Origin: Octopus bimaculoides
Lineage: Eukaryota
Assembly: GCF_001194135.2 (NCBI RefSeq)
Contig: NC_068992.1
Span: 5,049,106 to 5,113,105, forward strand
DNA length: 64,000 bases
Reading direction: 5' to 3'
Of the stretch, positions 49,611 through 62,452 are shown piece after piece. The translations under genes and the position numbers were made by a program. Within the stretch, counting starts at the first letter, position 1. Each line of letters begins with the position of its first letter. The notes below the pieces were generated by a model. It saw only the letters and a list, made by a program, of their open reading frames with translations. It did no database searches and was not told where the DNA came from.

Positions 49611-51319
49611 CTGAACAGTGAATATTACATTTAAAATAGATATCGAAATTACATTTTCATATGTTGTGTTTATAACGATATCTAAATCTTCCGCTAAATT
49701 GCGAAAGCCCTTTGTCTATAATGCATCTGAACAACAGATATTCATGACTTTGAATGTTTCAAGGAAATATAAGTAGATCGTGTTTAGTCAAAACGGTGTC
49801 TGAGAAACAATAATGCCATAAATACTGTGAGTATTCGTCATTCAGTCAATATATTTTAATATGTTAGATTTCACTTTGATTTGTGTTAAGTTATATGTTC
49901 TTTATAATGAAATGAATACATGAAAGAAACAAACGCACATCCGAAACATTAGTTTCAGTTTTAAATCAAAATATTCATGTCTTTCTTTATTTTCGCTTTT
50001 TTAATATAAGTGTGTCATTTATTTGAAGTTGCTTCCGACCAACGGAATTTATACAAATATCCGAATATGTCATAATTGTCATTATGATATAAACATGTCT
50101 AATACTATTTACAATTAAGATTGTTTCTAATTACACCGTGAAAAATGTCAAAATTTACTAATGTAATTTCGTAATATATGACCATTTCACTGACTTAACA
50201 TATTGAATTACAACTCTACTAGGGTAATTATTCAAAATTGTTAGTCTATTATATCGACATCGATGCTTGTATATATTGTTCTATTGGGTAACACCATTTG
50301 TTACTTATTTAAATATATTTCGACGTACCAGGACGCAACTTTGTGTGAATTATCATGGTGTTTTAGAAGAACAAGTGAGGAAAATTGAACGACCTATGAA
50401 ATTTAATCCTATTTTCATCAGAGATATTTCTGGTTACAACAAGCAGGGCACTGAAGCAATGACTATTGTATGGAGGTGGGGAGAGAAAAAGATAGAAAGA
50501 TGCAAGAAGACTAGAGAGTAGAGGAAGAGAGGTTACAAAGGATTGCAAGGAGGTAAGGGGATGATATTAGAGTCATTTACTCGAAGAAGGAGCATTGTGT
50601 TGCCATAATTCGTAAGAGGAACAGTGATAAAACATTAGTGTCTGTAGCCAGGCCAACACACATTGCTTTATTAGCATTGTCTAACAGTTAGACATACTCC
50701 TGCCACTGTGTTTAAATTTAATATGGGCTTTTTATGGACATGGTCAGCTTAAGACTGTAATGTTCACCTGTTGCTAACTGGAATGACTTTTACAATATGA
50801 TTACCAATAATATCCTTTTATTTCCTTTGGCAAGTACATACATGCTGACGGTGGATTAAGCCCGAAGATAGCCGAACAAGAGGTCCTCATTCAAGAGGCT
50901 GTGAAAATAGACGAAACTGAACGTTCAGTATAGAGAATTCTCGAGTCGGTGTTTTGAGGTGATTGTAGCCCCTGTGAGCATACATGTATACAATTATGTA
51001 CTTTTACAACAGCATTAGAGTATTTCGCTATCATTTCTAGCAATATAGGTGTCTTGACACCAATAGTCACATTTAGTGACTATTACATTTTTCCTATTTA
51101 CATATGTGTGTGTGTGTGTGCATTTAGCGAAAGTGTATAAGTAACTCGAAGACAAAACTGGATTGTACCCATCTCCAGTTTACATTTTTAATCATATTTA
51201 TAAGATCTTACAGATTTTGTACAGACACTGTATAAAAAGAAATGATTGAGAACATTAACAAAGTCATCAAAAGCAAAATACACCTTAAGAGATTGAAAAC
51301 ATTAAATCGGGCAAAATTA

Positions 51320-51700
51320 CATGAAAAATTTCCAACTCTGCTGTTATAAAATGAGGAAACGAAATGCAGTTTTAGGTAATATTTGCCCGAACGCTTAGAG
51401 ATAAAGTTGAAAGATAAACAACATTTGATAAAGAAGCCAGCTGTAGATGCAATGCTCGGAGTTCAATGTGTGTCTATAAAAGCGGGCAAGTGTAGGAAAA
51501 TGGTCGTATTGTTTTATAAACTGTTGTGTGCTGAAGTCTAATATTTAAATTGAAGACGTGATACCATGTATGTGCAAAGGTGAGAATGGATGCGAAAGTG
51601 AGCCATTGAAGCTACTGGTGAATTAGGTGGGATGGCGTTATCAATGTGAAAGGCGATATCGATGTGTGTGAGGGTGTATAATGAAAGTATGTAGACGTGT
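51320..51700 (+). mobile_element. Possible heavily decayed RTE-type reverse transcriptase
   Basis: Purine-rich tract giving VIFARTL...AVDAMLGVQCVSIKAGK...CAKVR...ESEPLKL in the order expected for KVFARIL...DAIF..RQ..EKA...KVRV..ESE.F. Similarity is weak. Confidence 0.3.
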
Positions 51701-53287
51701 GAAAGTTCTTAACACACAGAATCTGTTTATTCTAAAACTCAAGAGAAATATGTCCGGAATCTTCCGAAACAAAAACGTTAAAAAATTCTGAAATTACACA
51801 AAAGTGTAAAATCGATAGAGTAAGTGTTCAAATAAAGGTAAGAAGCTGGTAAAATTTACAAAGTAAAGGAGATAATTGTTTTCAAGAATGTCGAAATATA
51901 CGAGGAGAGGAAATAATAGAATGAATTGGTGAAAATCCATACACATCATACGTGGTTTAAATAGGAAATAGTGATGGGTACAGAATTAATTTCTTGGGGA
52001 AGTAATGTGTGCCAGCTTGTGTGTGAGAGTGTATTGTCATGCTAAAGAATCAATAGAGGTCAAGCAGAGGCCATAAGTGCAACGGAACGAAAGGTGTGAT
52101 TGGAAGTCCTGCAGCACGAAAAAAGAGTCGATTTGTTGAAGACGTGTACGTGGATATATTTTTCTATGTGGAAGTTTGCTTGCATTTGTCTCTATGGTTG
52201 TGTTTTCTACTGCACCAGCGGTGAGTATATGTGCGTCCGTGTGTATACGTCTGGAAGTAAATTTGCAGCGTATGTATGAGGAAGAATGTGTGTAAATGTG
52301 AAGTGGTGGTGGTCATGCGTGTAATCTCTATTGGCGTTCCCGTGTGTGTGTGTATGCGAACGAGAGTATTTATCAATGAGACAAGTTTGTAGGGTACTAT
52401 TGGAGCGTGACTGTATAAATGAAAAGCATATGTGTTGAACCAAATGTGTGAGGAGTACTACCAGATCACTGTTAGGGTATATATATCCTTGCATATTTTA
52501 TCAACAACGTCAATAAGGTCATCAGTTTAATCTGCATAATATATTGATAAATATTTTTGCGGAATATGAAGAATGATTAAACATCTAACATTATTTCCAA
52601 CTTTCTAGTATGACACTTATTTGCGATTTAGCATCGATGTATTGACTGTCGTAAATCCATCGTTCGCCATGTTTGGTACGATTCTATGTTGCTGTGTTGC
52701 GTTTAGGATTGATAACATCCTCCATAGCATTTTCTTATATTCGTCACACTTCTCCTTCTGAACATGTTGATGCTTATGGCGTGCACTGGCACTGATGTTC
52801 CTCCACATATATAACTATAAACTAAATAGCTACAGAAGTTTAATATTTTATAAGAAATAGGCACACATTTTCAGGCTGATATATAAATCATTCGAATGGA
52901 GTCTTGCTCTGCACAGCGAATTGAATGTAAATTTGTTACTTTTTGAATACTCAATAGATGTGTTCGACATGGACAATACTTGGAAAATAGATGAGAGTTT
53001 GCTGTGCTTTCAGTTTATTTCATCATTTCTTAAACGTAAGTATATTCTCTTTTATTGATATGTGATGAAGTGCCAAAATCGAATTTTTGTTAAATTTAGG
53101 TTACTAGTTATTATCTAAAATTCGTATAATGAATCACCTTCCTACCGACACGCATGTAAGTCAAATCAATTTCCAGACATAAAATGGAAAGCAGTAGTTT
53201 GCTATATGTTGCAGTTTTCTGAAAGTTTTAATTCAAACAGTAGAATTCTCTTTATTTTCTGTCACATAGGTTCAAGCTAGCTCTGCA

Positions 53288-53355
53288 GTAGTGAGGTTTC
53301 AGGTTCGGATCCACTACGCAGCAACTTGCGCAAATGACTTCTTCCATATTCTAGG
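53288..53355 (+). mobile_element. SINE family A head fragment
   Basis: ggtttcaggttcggatccactacgcagcaacttgcgcaaatgacttctt resembles the B-box plus ccttgggcaagtgtctt segment of this SINE (from memory). Confidence 0.5.
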
Positions 53356-53366
53356 GAAGTCAAATT

Positions 53367-53401
<35 letters not shown>

Positions 53402-54385
53402 TATGTATATGTGTGTGTTCTTGATCACACATTGCACTCCTTTCGCCCCATTTTTTGCCTCAAGTTATTCTTAATTTTAGGGAGCTGTTCTCACGGTAAT
53501 GCGAATGATGATAATGATGATGATGATGATAATGTTGATGATAATGATGACCGTTATAATTTATGTTTGTAGGGTGATACGTCAGGCTTAAATGACAGTT
53601 CACTTTGCAATGGAAAAATATTCGTAATATGATATATATATATATATATTATATATATAGGTACGTAGATAGATAGAAATATAGATAGAAATATAGATAG
53701 ATAGATCGAAAATTATGTATACTGTAGGCAGTAGACGTTTACTTACTGAAGTAACGACTATTGGATAATAGAAATGGAAATATTACTGATACCTACTCGC
53801 AGTCGTGATTGGAGGTGTGTATGAATATAGATAAATATATACTTTGCTACTTCGAATTGAAAACAATACACATTGCAAAGTATTCAATAAAAAAGGCAAA
53901 TAAATATATTTTAAGGTGGCATTTTTTTTATATTCTAGACAATGATTTATCTATATTAGTAATTATATAAAAATAATTATATTACGATATGAATAAATAA
54001 AATATTATCATGTATCGATGAATAAATCAACGAGATTTCATAAAGCTTTATGAATACTGCTTGGTATATGGGGGGGGGGGCAAAACCGCTGCTTCAGCTT
54101 TAGATAGCAATGATATTGCATAATTGTTTCTCGATCTGTAATAAATCCCATTTGTTTAAAACAGTGTGCAATATACAACAGGAAAGTATTGTTTGCGGGA
54201 AACAATAGGCTATTTGTTTGCATGACTATCGAAATATTATTTGCAGCAGATTAAGAAAATGTCGCACGCGTACATGCACATGCATACATACATATATACA
54301 TACATGCACATACACATACACGTACGATAATAATCACAATATTAATATCTATATAAATATCCGCTTCTGAATTATCTTGCTGCTG

Positions 54386-54430
<45 letters not shown>

Positions 54431-54515
54431 NNNNNNNNNNAAAACAAAATAGGTCTTTTAAGAGGTGAAAAATGCAACTTACATGGGAGCCGATGTGTCT
54501 ACCGTCCGTCCATGA

Positions 54516-54543
54516 TGATAGATAGATAGATAGATAGATAGAC

Positions 54544-54585
<42 letters not shown>

Positions 54586-54603
54586 TGAGATAGATAGATA
54601 GAT
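54516..54603. repeat. (GATA)n microsatellite
   Basis: Read directly. Confidence 0.95.
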
Positions 54604-55689
54604 ATGTGTCAAGAGTATTGGCCTAGGCATTGTCTTACTTAGCACCAACTGGAAAAACCATCTAAAGGTTCCGATTTATTTATTCTTTTACTTATAAGAA
54701 ATGCAAAACTACCGGATACTATAATACAATTGGAAGCAGAGAATATATCCACTTTCACTGTTGGGCCTTGTTAGTTCATATTACGAGAATGTGTAAATGG
54801 TATAGATTATCCAGTAACATTATTTATTTCATAGTAACTGTATTAATAAATTATGTATATATTATAATCATATCGAGATATTCTTACTTCCAATATCTAC
54901 TGAATTCCATCTTATTAGTTGATTTCCATTGATATTCTACATTAATGATGGTTATACAAGATAACTTCTCGGCCTTAGTAGTTTTGAATATTAAAAGTTA
55001 CAATGTTTGATGGTTGGTGTATATCACATTATTAACATAAGAAAAGAATTTCTACAAACAAGAAAGAGCGAATGATGTAATGTCTGATTGTGCGAAATAT
55101 ATTCTGCATCGAGAGTACTCGGCAGTGAGAATAGAAACAATATTTATTGTTAAATTGATTTATGTGAATGGCAATGGAAATTAAAATGAAATGTATATGC
55201 ATGATTAACATTTGATTTCGGTAACCACCTAGACTCTCAGCTTATCATCAGTTTCTTTACAACGATTAATGGTATATGAATCTCCTGCAAAGTCAGTAGA
55301 AGTGTCGGATATACATAATATATGAAATCTGCAATTTATTGGTAGCCCAGAATTAGATAAATTTGGATAAATATAAGCAACAGAACCATCAAAGAAACTT
55401 GTTTTTCTTATCGTTTTATATTTTCAGCAAGTAATTATAAAAGTTCATTGTTAATGCTTCATCTGACTTTTAGTTTTTCCTTCATTCAGTGATTGGAGTA
55501 TGAAGGATTTGAAGGATTTACTCGGATTTAAAGAATTTGAAGGATTTACTCGCTCACGTCGACCCAATCCCAGTATTTATGCTTAATTCTGATATTAATG
55601 TTATCTTCTCTTTTGACGGACCCGCAGAAGGCGGGGAAGTAAACAAGCGAAGCTTTGTTTAAACTGGTCTCAGTTGGGGAAAACCAGCA

Positions 55690-55790
55690 TGCACTCGCAC
55701 GCATTGTTTCCACTCAACTGTTTACCAAATTCACAAGCAAACCATTAGTTGTACCGGGGTTATAGAGTTCTGCTCTGTTCCTGAGCGAGA
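55690..55790 (-). mobile_element. SINE family A body fragment
   Basis: Minus strand ctataaccccggtacaactaatggtttgcttgtgaatttggtaaacagttgagtggaaac resembles 27795-27850. Confidence 0.5.
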
Positions 55791-58402
55791 AAACGTGGCG
55801 GATCTTCTTAAAGAAACATCTCCACCTACAGGTATAAAAAAGCAAATTATGCTGGCATGATACAAACACGAAGCCTTCTCAGAATCTCCACTGTTAAGCA
55901 GCAGGGCAGTTAAAAGTTTAGTCAGGGCATTAAACTAAACCTACAAAAGTTTACATTTATTTTCATGGACCAAACATACCTTCTTCGAATATTTGCCGTT
56001 ACAATGTCTGCGTAGTTTCTCCAAATTCATTTAACTTTGTATAAAGAACGGAAAACATATCGCCGGTTCCCTTTCGTATGTAATTACAATCTTAAGCCGT
56101 GTACATAGTGTGGCTAACGAAATGTTGAAGACATTTACTTATTGAAGTTAAAGTTGGAGACGTTAACTTTCACAATTGAATAATATTACATTACACGAGA
56201 ACCATTTAATTCATAATAGTCACTGTAAATTACTTTTCATATTTTTAATTAACAATTATCCTGCTACAAATATCATAAATTCAAATTATATCCTCACATC
56301 ACTTGTAAGAGAGTTTATTGTTAAATATTTTAAGCCTGCTTCAACTACTATTATTATTGATTTAGGAACCCAAATTTAGTAATTCTGTGTAATGTAACTC
56401 CACTTGCCAGACATTATTTCCCACTGTTTTCCACGTAGAAAATACTGGTGCTAAACAAAAACAAAAATAATAATAATAATAAATAAACAAAAATACTACC
56501 ATAAAAAATTCAGCTGTTTATAAATTACTATCGATTCAACTTTTTATTGAAATCTAATTCCAAAATTAGCATTTGTCTGAAAATGCTAAAATGATGATAG
56601 GATGGTAACGTTGATGTTGATTATCATGGCTATATCGGCAATCATGATCATGAACATAATGTCGGAGATGATGAAGAAGAGTGATTATGTGGAGGGAGAG
56701 GGTGATGATATTATTTGAGATTATCAATCTGGAAAAGAAACCTTCTGCCGCAATATGTCTAAAGATAATGTAGTGGAAAGTGATCTGTTCAAAACTCGTT
56801 GAGCCGTGTCGGCAACTTAGTCCAGCCGGTTACATGTCAGATCGAAGCTCATTTATATTACTTCATTTAGAGTAGAATTTTCCTATTTATCATCAGTGAA
56901 TTTTCCAATAATGAAGATTATAGGAAGGCCTATGAAGACAAGTTAGTCATATACTTTTCGATATTTAGTTTGATCTCTACATAAACCTGACGCCAAATGA
57001 ACATCCGAGAAAAGTCAATGTAATTAGCCAATATATAAACAGTAATCGCTCATTAACTACTATGATGCGTTATGGTTAGTTAGCAGGAGAGTTATTAGTA
57101 GTAGTTGTATCAGTCACGTTAATCACCTCTGATTCGTTATTGTGAAAAGAAAGACCATAAAGGAGTGAAATATCGCTGGCGCCTCGAATATGTAGTGGGC
57201 TATTCATTGGTTCCAGTTCAACATGAGAAATTACAAAATTGTACACGGCATTTTCACAATCAGTTTAAACGTGTTTAAAGTATTACATCGAAGACCTAAA
57301 TGATTTATTCTAGATTTCTAAGTGGGATCATTTGTCATTGCAATCATCTAATTTTTAGAAATAAATTTTAACAGCGTTGTAATCATTATTACATGTGAAA
57401 CAATGTTAAACAACATAATATTGAATTGGGTGAGGTAATTGGCAGTCTATCCTCCGGCAAATCTCAACATCACAGCCATATATATATATATATATATATG
57501 TAGTGTTATGTAGCTTATATAGTTTGTTATTTTGTGTATTTCGTTCTGAATTATTGCTTTCCTCATATTTGCCATCCCTTATTCTAATACTTCAAATTAC
57601 TTTTTGCGTACGAAGCACTTTATATATAAACTGAAGATATTTCAATTTTATCAAAATGTATGGACTGAACTATTTGATTCAGTAAAATAATGAAGCGATG
57701 ATTTCCTTGGCGAAAATATTTATTGAATATACGCTGGCATTTGCTTTATGCACAATGTTTTCTAAGTTTGACTAAATTACACAACTGATATAATTGAAAT
57801 CTAACTAGTTCTGTGAATAATATAATACATTGCAAGAAAAATTTCCAATTATTATTAGCTTAGGTAACGAAGCAATTTTTAAATAACTGTTTGAACTTTA
57901 AAAAATTCTAGTCAGATCTATTTATCATATGTTACCCACGTACACATTTTGTAGCACAGTGGGCAATGTAGTTCAACATTCAATATATCTCAATAGACGG
58001 TTGTAACATCACGAATAAAACACACGTGATCATAGATTCTGTCTATAGAGCTGTCCATCATACAGCGAAGCAAAATTTTACAAACAACGATTCAAAATTG
58101 TGAAATTAATTATTAGCGTACTAACCATTAACCCTTCACGCAATGGAAAAAATATATTATTACAATCGATACATAAGAGTGTAAACAAAGGAAAACATTG
58201 AATGTGTAAGCAACAGATGAAAACCGTCTATGATATTCCTACAGGCAAAGAGATATTATAATAATAACATACTTGGGAAAAATATCATATATTCATATAT
58301 GAAATTAGAAAAACAATAACGTTAAGAAATAAACATGATTTCATTCCTTCAACCCTCGACAACAAGTTATCATATTTCGTTCTACAGATTCGTATAGATA
58401 TA

Positions 58403-58434
<32 letters not shown>

Positions 58435-58635
58435 TGTGTGCTTACATGCATTTATACATATGCACAAAGACATACACATATAATGAAACATATTCGCACA
58501 AAGACCTATATATATATATGCTTAATACGTTGTTTGATAAATGCTAGCGCGCGAAATTCTCGGCCTCCTAGTTACGCTTTTTCTTCTGCTCAATATTACT
58601 AAAACCACATACGCATATACATACACAACCATTGC

Positions 58636-58688
<53 letters not shown>

Positions 58689-58692
<4 letters not shown>

Positions 58693-58761
58693 GTTCTGTT
58701 TTACTTTTACGTTTTTAATATATCCTTTGTGTTCTGTTTTAATTTTACGTTTTTAATATAT
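58689..58761. repeat. 38-bp tandem duplication of a pyrimidine-rich unit
   Basis: ttgtgttctgtttta(c/a)ttttacgtttttaatatat occurs twice with period 38. Confidence 0.95.
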
Positions 58762-58768
58762 ATACCAG

Positions 58769-58859
58769 AACAGATGACAACGACCCGCAGACTGTGGTCA
58801 AAGTGCATCAAAGAAATTCACTTGATCTGATTTATCAACATTTATCTCTGGCAAAATAA
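58769..58859 (+). CDS. Candidate terminal coding exon (TDDNDPQTVVKVHQRNSLDLIYQHLSLAK*)
   Basis: ttttacgtttttaatatatataccag|A ACA GAT...AAA TAA; phase 2 start fits the phase 2 end of 48082-48166. A second frame (QMTTTRRLWSKCIKEIHLI*) is also open. Confidence 0.3.
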
Positions 58860-59459
58860 GATTAAAGCAATATTTCACAGTCACACACGTCTCGCGTTTC
58901 ATTTGCGATTTAGTGTACTTGCGTAAGTTCTTAGCTGATTTAATAGTATTTTACTTGTTCTCTGTCAGGTAAGTTGAAGTTTATCGCTGATAGTTCACTT
59001 GTTGGAGGACTAATAGTTGAATATTTGATCGAATTTCAAATGCATTAAAAATCTATTGTTTTTTTTTCACTTTCAGCTTAATATATTTGTTGGATAGAAT
59101 TCATTTGAGACTAATAATAGTCTGGAAACGTGGCTTTCACTTAAGCTGTCTATGTTTTCGTTCCTATAGTCGTGAGTGGAATGCAGTTAACGTCACGTTT
59201 CGTTAAGGATTTTCTGTTTCCTAACTAACCTGCGGAAATAGGGTTTCGAATGCTTTAATTAGAGTATAAATTAAATTTTAGAATAAATGATGGATTTATT
59301 TGTCGCTTGTATTAGCTGCTTTATTACCACTTGTCTAGGAGGTTTTAATATAATTATGTTGTCAAGGTTTTTCATGAGTGTGGGATGAAAAGAATGTATA
59401 TATTGCATGTGTTATATTCAACTGCAATGCCTTGGGTCATCACGAATAATCGACTCACA

Positions 59460-59650
59460 AGCGGTGTGCAACCATCGTAGTAAACATGCTTTCCGATGAT
59501 CGATTGATTTCGGCATTGTATATTGCTTAGATAATAACGGGACCGTTGCCAGACAGGTTGAACTGAGAAACAAATTTACCATTGTGTGAGGAGATGAAAA
59601 ATGTACCTTCTTCATGCAACAGCATCTAAAGTATGTAAGATGGTGAAAAT
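59460..59650 (+). mobile_element. Possible decayed mariner fragment
   Basis: IVVNMLSDDRLISALYIA and FTIV*GDEKCTF resemble D.R.S...IA and RIVTGDEKW. Confidence 0.35.
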
Positions 59651-59779
59651 AGCGTACGAAAGCCACACGAGTTCACGTGAATGAAATAGTTACGGACATG
59701 TTTTCCACAAACATGTAAACGTGTACATAACGGCATAGGCACTCATAAATTTAAATTTCGTGCTTATGTGTTAAATATA

Positions 59780-59923
59780 TCTGTCTATGTGTGTGTGCGC
59801 ACGCGCGGGTGTGCATGCGTGCATGTGTGTGTGTATATGAATACATACACACACATGCACAAATATATATATACATATACACACACACACACACACGCTC
59901 ACACACACACACACACACGCTCT

Positions 59924-59967
<44 letters not shown>

Positions 59968-59970
59968 CGT
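59780..59970. repeat. Compound (TG)/(CA)/(TA) microsatellite
   Basis: Read directly. Confidence 0.9.
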
Positions 59971-60179
59971 ACATATTTACCAAATGATCTGTAATGTTTT
60001 TCTTCTTTCACTATCGATGCACTCCCTTACACTAATCAAGATATGTTCACGTTTACAAATCTTCACATGTACAGCATGTGTTCGTTCGCCTTATGTGGAT
60101 GCTAACCATGCAGTGTTACCGTCTTTCGGGTAGTGCGATCGAATTGTTCGATCTCTGTTTCTGGCCATTTTAGAATAAG

Positions 60180-60580
60180 TGCGCTATAGCTGACTACAGC
60201 AAAAACTCACATGTTGATGGCAGTCAAAGGTTCCTTGCATTGGATTTTGACTACGAGAGAAATTTGAGGCAATTCAAATATGCACTAGTGATCTTGTCAT
60301 TCATTTCTCTCTGCAATATAATGTTCAACTCAAGTGTCCTAAGGTACTTGTAGCCATCATCACCAGAGTCTTCAGTTTGCACTCTGTTTGCCAGTCCCAC
60401 CCTACTACAATCTCTTTTTCCCCGCTTCAAAGTGAGCAACGCAGACATTCAGGTTTCGAATTCCATTCCAATATCGTTCCTGCATAATTGTAGAGTATCA
60501 ACCAAGACACGAGGTCCGTTCTCCCACAGAAAACAAGAAACTCTCTGGAAGATAGCTCCTTTGATTGTTACCTCATCTAA
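60180..60580 (-). mobile_element. R4/Dong-like reverse transcriptase fragment with internal deletion
   Basis: DEVTIKGAIFQRVS...LVDTLQLCRNDIGMEFET*MSALLTLKRGK...GYKYLRTLE...EMNDKITSAYL...SKSNARNL..AIN...VSYSA. Matches V.I.RGIFQGD, DIGMEFG..KCA.L..KRGK, YKYLG.LE and SKLNGGN...AIN in this clade. Confidence 0.85.
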
Positions 60581-61629
60581 ATACTGTTTTTTTACTGTTT
60601 ACAAATTTGCACACTGTTCTTGCTGTTGACGTTTTTCATTGTATGAAGCTTCAGTTTCTGTATCAAGACATGTAAATCATTCAACGATTAAACATCAGAC
60701 TTCAAATTTCGCTTTAGTCACCTATGAAGAGATGCATTATCGAATATGCAACCACTGACTAATTGCAATGTTCAGATAAAACCGTCTCTTTTCGTGTCTT
60801 TCCACTACAAATTTCTCGGCACATGATTTTTCTTTTTGTATGCTTCATCATTTTGAGGAAGTTTTGTTCAATCAAAAGGTAGTCTACTAAGGTGTTCGAA
60901 GAACGTTTCAATAATTACTATATCATATACATTCTCACAATTTGAATTTGAAATAAGAACATTAAAATAACGTCTTGCTAAGGGTACGAAAACGAAATAT
61001 TCCTAGAAGCCAGCAAAAGATAACGGTGATTAGATTAAGTATCCTACGCCTACCAGGTAATATCCACCAAGAAAATATTTATCTACGAATGTTCTCAAAT
61101 TTCATATTTCTGATAACGACAGAGACATATAAAGTGCTTAGGGAGAATATATCACTAAATATATCAAAATAGAAGCTAAAATAAATGGAAATTGAGGAAT
61201 AAAGCAACAAATTTAATCTATCTATATGTGCAAGTGAAACCCGTGACGTTACTCACTGTTCCAATATATAGTTATCTACACATGTGCGTATTGATATCAA
61301 AACAAAATAACAAGAAATGCACTTTCGTTCGCACTCATATTTATATATGTACATTGTTATAAAACATCAAAGCACTGCCTTGGTATCTGAGAAAGGAAGG
61401 TAAGTCCCCAGCAAATGCAGTCAGACCGACGATTTCAGATTTTGATACAGACCCTCTGAGCCTTCATCGGCGAATCTTAATGCCTAGCGTTAAACTCAAC
61501 GAAGTTTGTCAGTCTTAAAAAAGACCGTTGAAAATATGTGTCATTTTCCAAAACGTTAAAAGTGTACATGAAAGATAAAATGTGTGGTTTATTAGCAACT
61601 TGAAACTAAAGGATAAATTAATAGAGGTC

Positions 61630-61690
61630 ACAAGGCGCTGCCCCAGCATGGCAGCCTCCTAAGATATAAGAGTAAACAAGTAAATATATA
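61630..61690 (+). mobile_element. Degenerate SINE family A tail
   Basis: aaggcgctgccccagcatggcagc...aaacaagtaaa resembles the reverse complement of 36845-36872 and the 11560-11580 tail. Confidence 0.45.
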
Positions 61691-61715
61691 AATGCACACA
61701 CACACACGCACATGC

Positions 61716-61752
<37 letters not shown>

Positions 61753-62421
61753 CACACACGTATATATTCNNNNNNNNNNNNNNNNNNNNNNNNNNNNNNN
61801 NNNNNNNNNNNNNNNNNNNNNNNNNNNNNNNNNNNNNNNNNNNNNNNNNNNNNNNNNNNNNNNNNNNNNNNNNNNNNNNNNNNNNNNNNNNNNNNNNNNN
61901 NNNNNNNNNNNNNNNNNNNNNNNNNNNNNNNNNNNNNNNNNNNNNNNNNNNNNNNNNNNNNNNNNNNNNNNNNNNNNNNNNNNNNNNNNNNNNNNNNNNN
62001 NNNNNNNNNNNNNNNNNNNNNNNNNNNNNNNNNNNNNNNNNNNNNNNNNNNNNNNNNNNNNNNNNNNNNNNNNNNNNNNNNNNNNNNNNNNNNNNNNNNN
62101 NNNNNNNNNNNNNNNNNNNNNNNNNNNNNNNNNNNNNNNNNNNNNNNNNNNNNNNNNNNNNNNNNNNNNNNNNNNNNNNNNNNNNNNNNNNNNNNNNNNN
62201 NNNNNNNNNNNNNNNNNNNNNNNNNNNNNNNNNNNNNNNNNNNNNNNNNNNNNNNNNNNNNNNNNNNNNNNNNNNNNNNNNNNNNNNNNNNNNNNNNNNN
62301 NNNNNNNNNNNNNNNNNNNNNNNNNNNNNNNNNNNNNNNNNNNNNNNNNNNNNNNNNNNNNNNNNNNNNNNNNNNNNNNNNNNNNNNNNNNNNNNNNNNN
62401 NNNNNNNNNNNNNNNNNNNNN

Positions 62422-62452
<31 letters not shown>

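Larger units (their letters stand above)
3837..62421. other. 14 assembly gaps (N runs)
   Basis: 3837-3846, 5045-5095, 10466-10475, 11672-11882, 12900-12909, 16156-16217, 19814-20269, 23908-24212, 26480-26811, 35565-35634, 37173-37261, 49280-49306, 54431-54440, 61770-62421. Confidence 0.98.

Noticed and set aside
55483-55590. Open frame DWSMKDLKDLLGFKEFEGFTRSRRPNPSIYA* after a good acceptor
   Set aside because: It is produced by a short gaaggatttactcg duplication next to SINE-like sequence; no homolog recognised.
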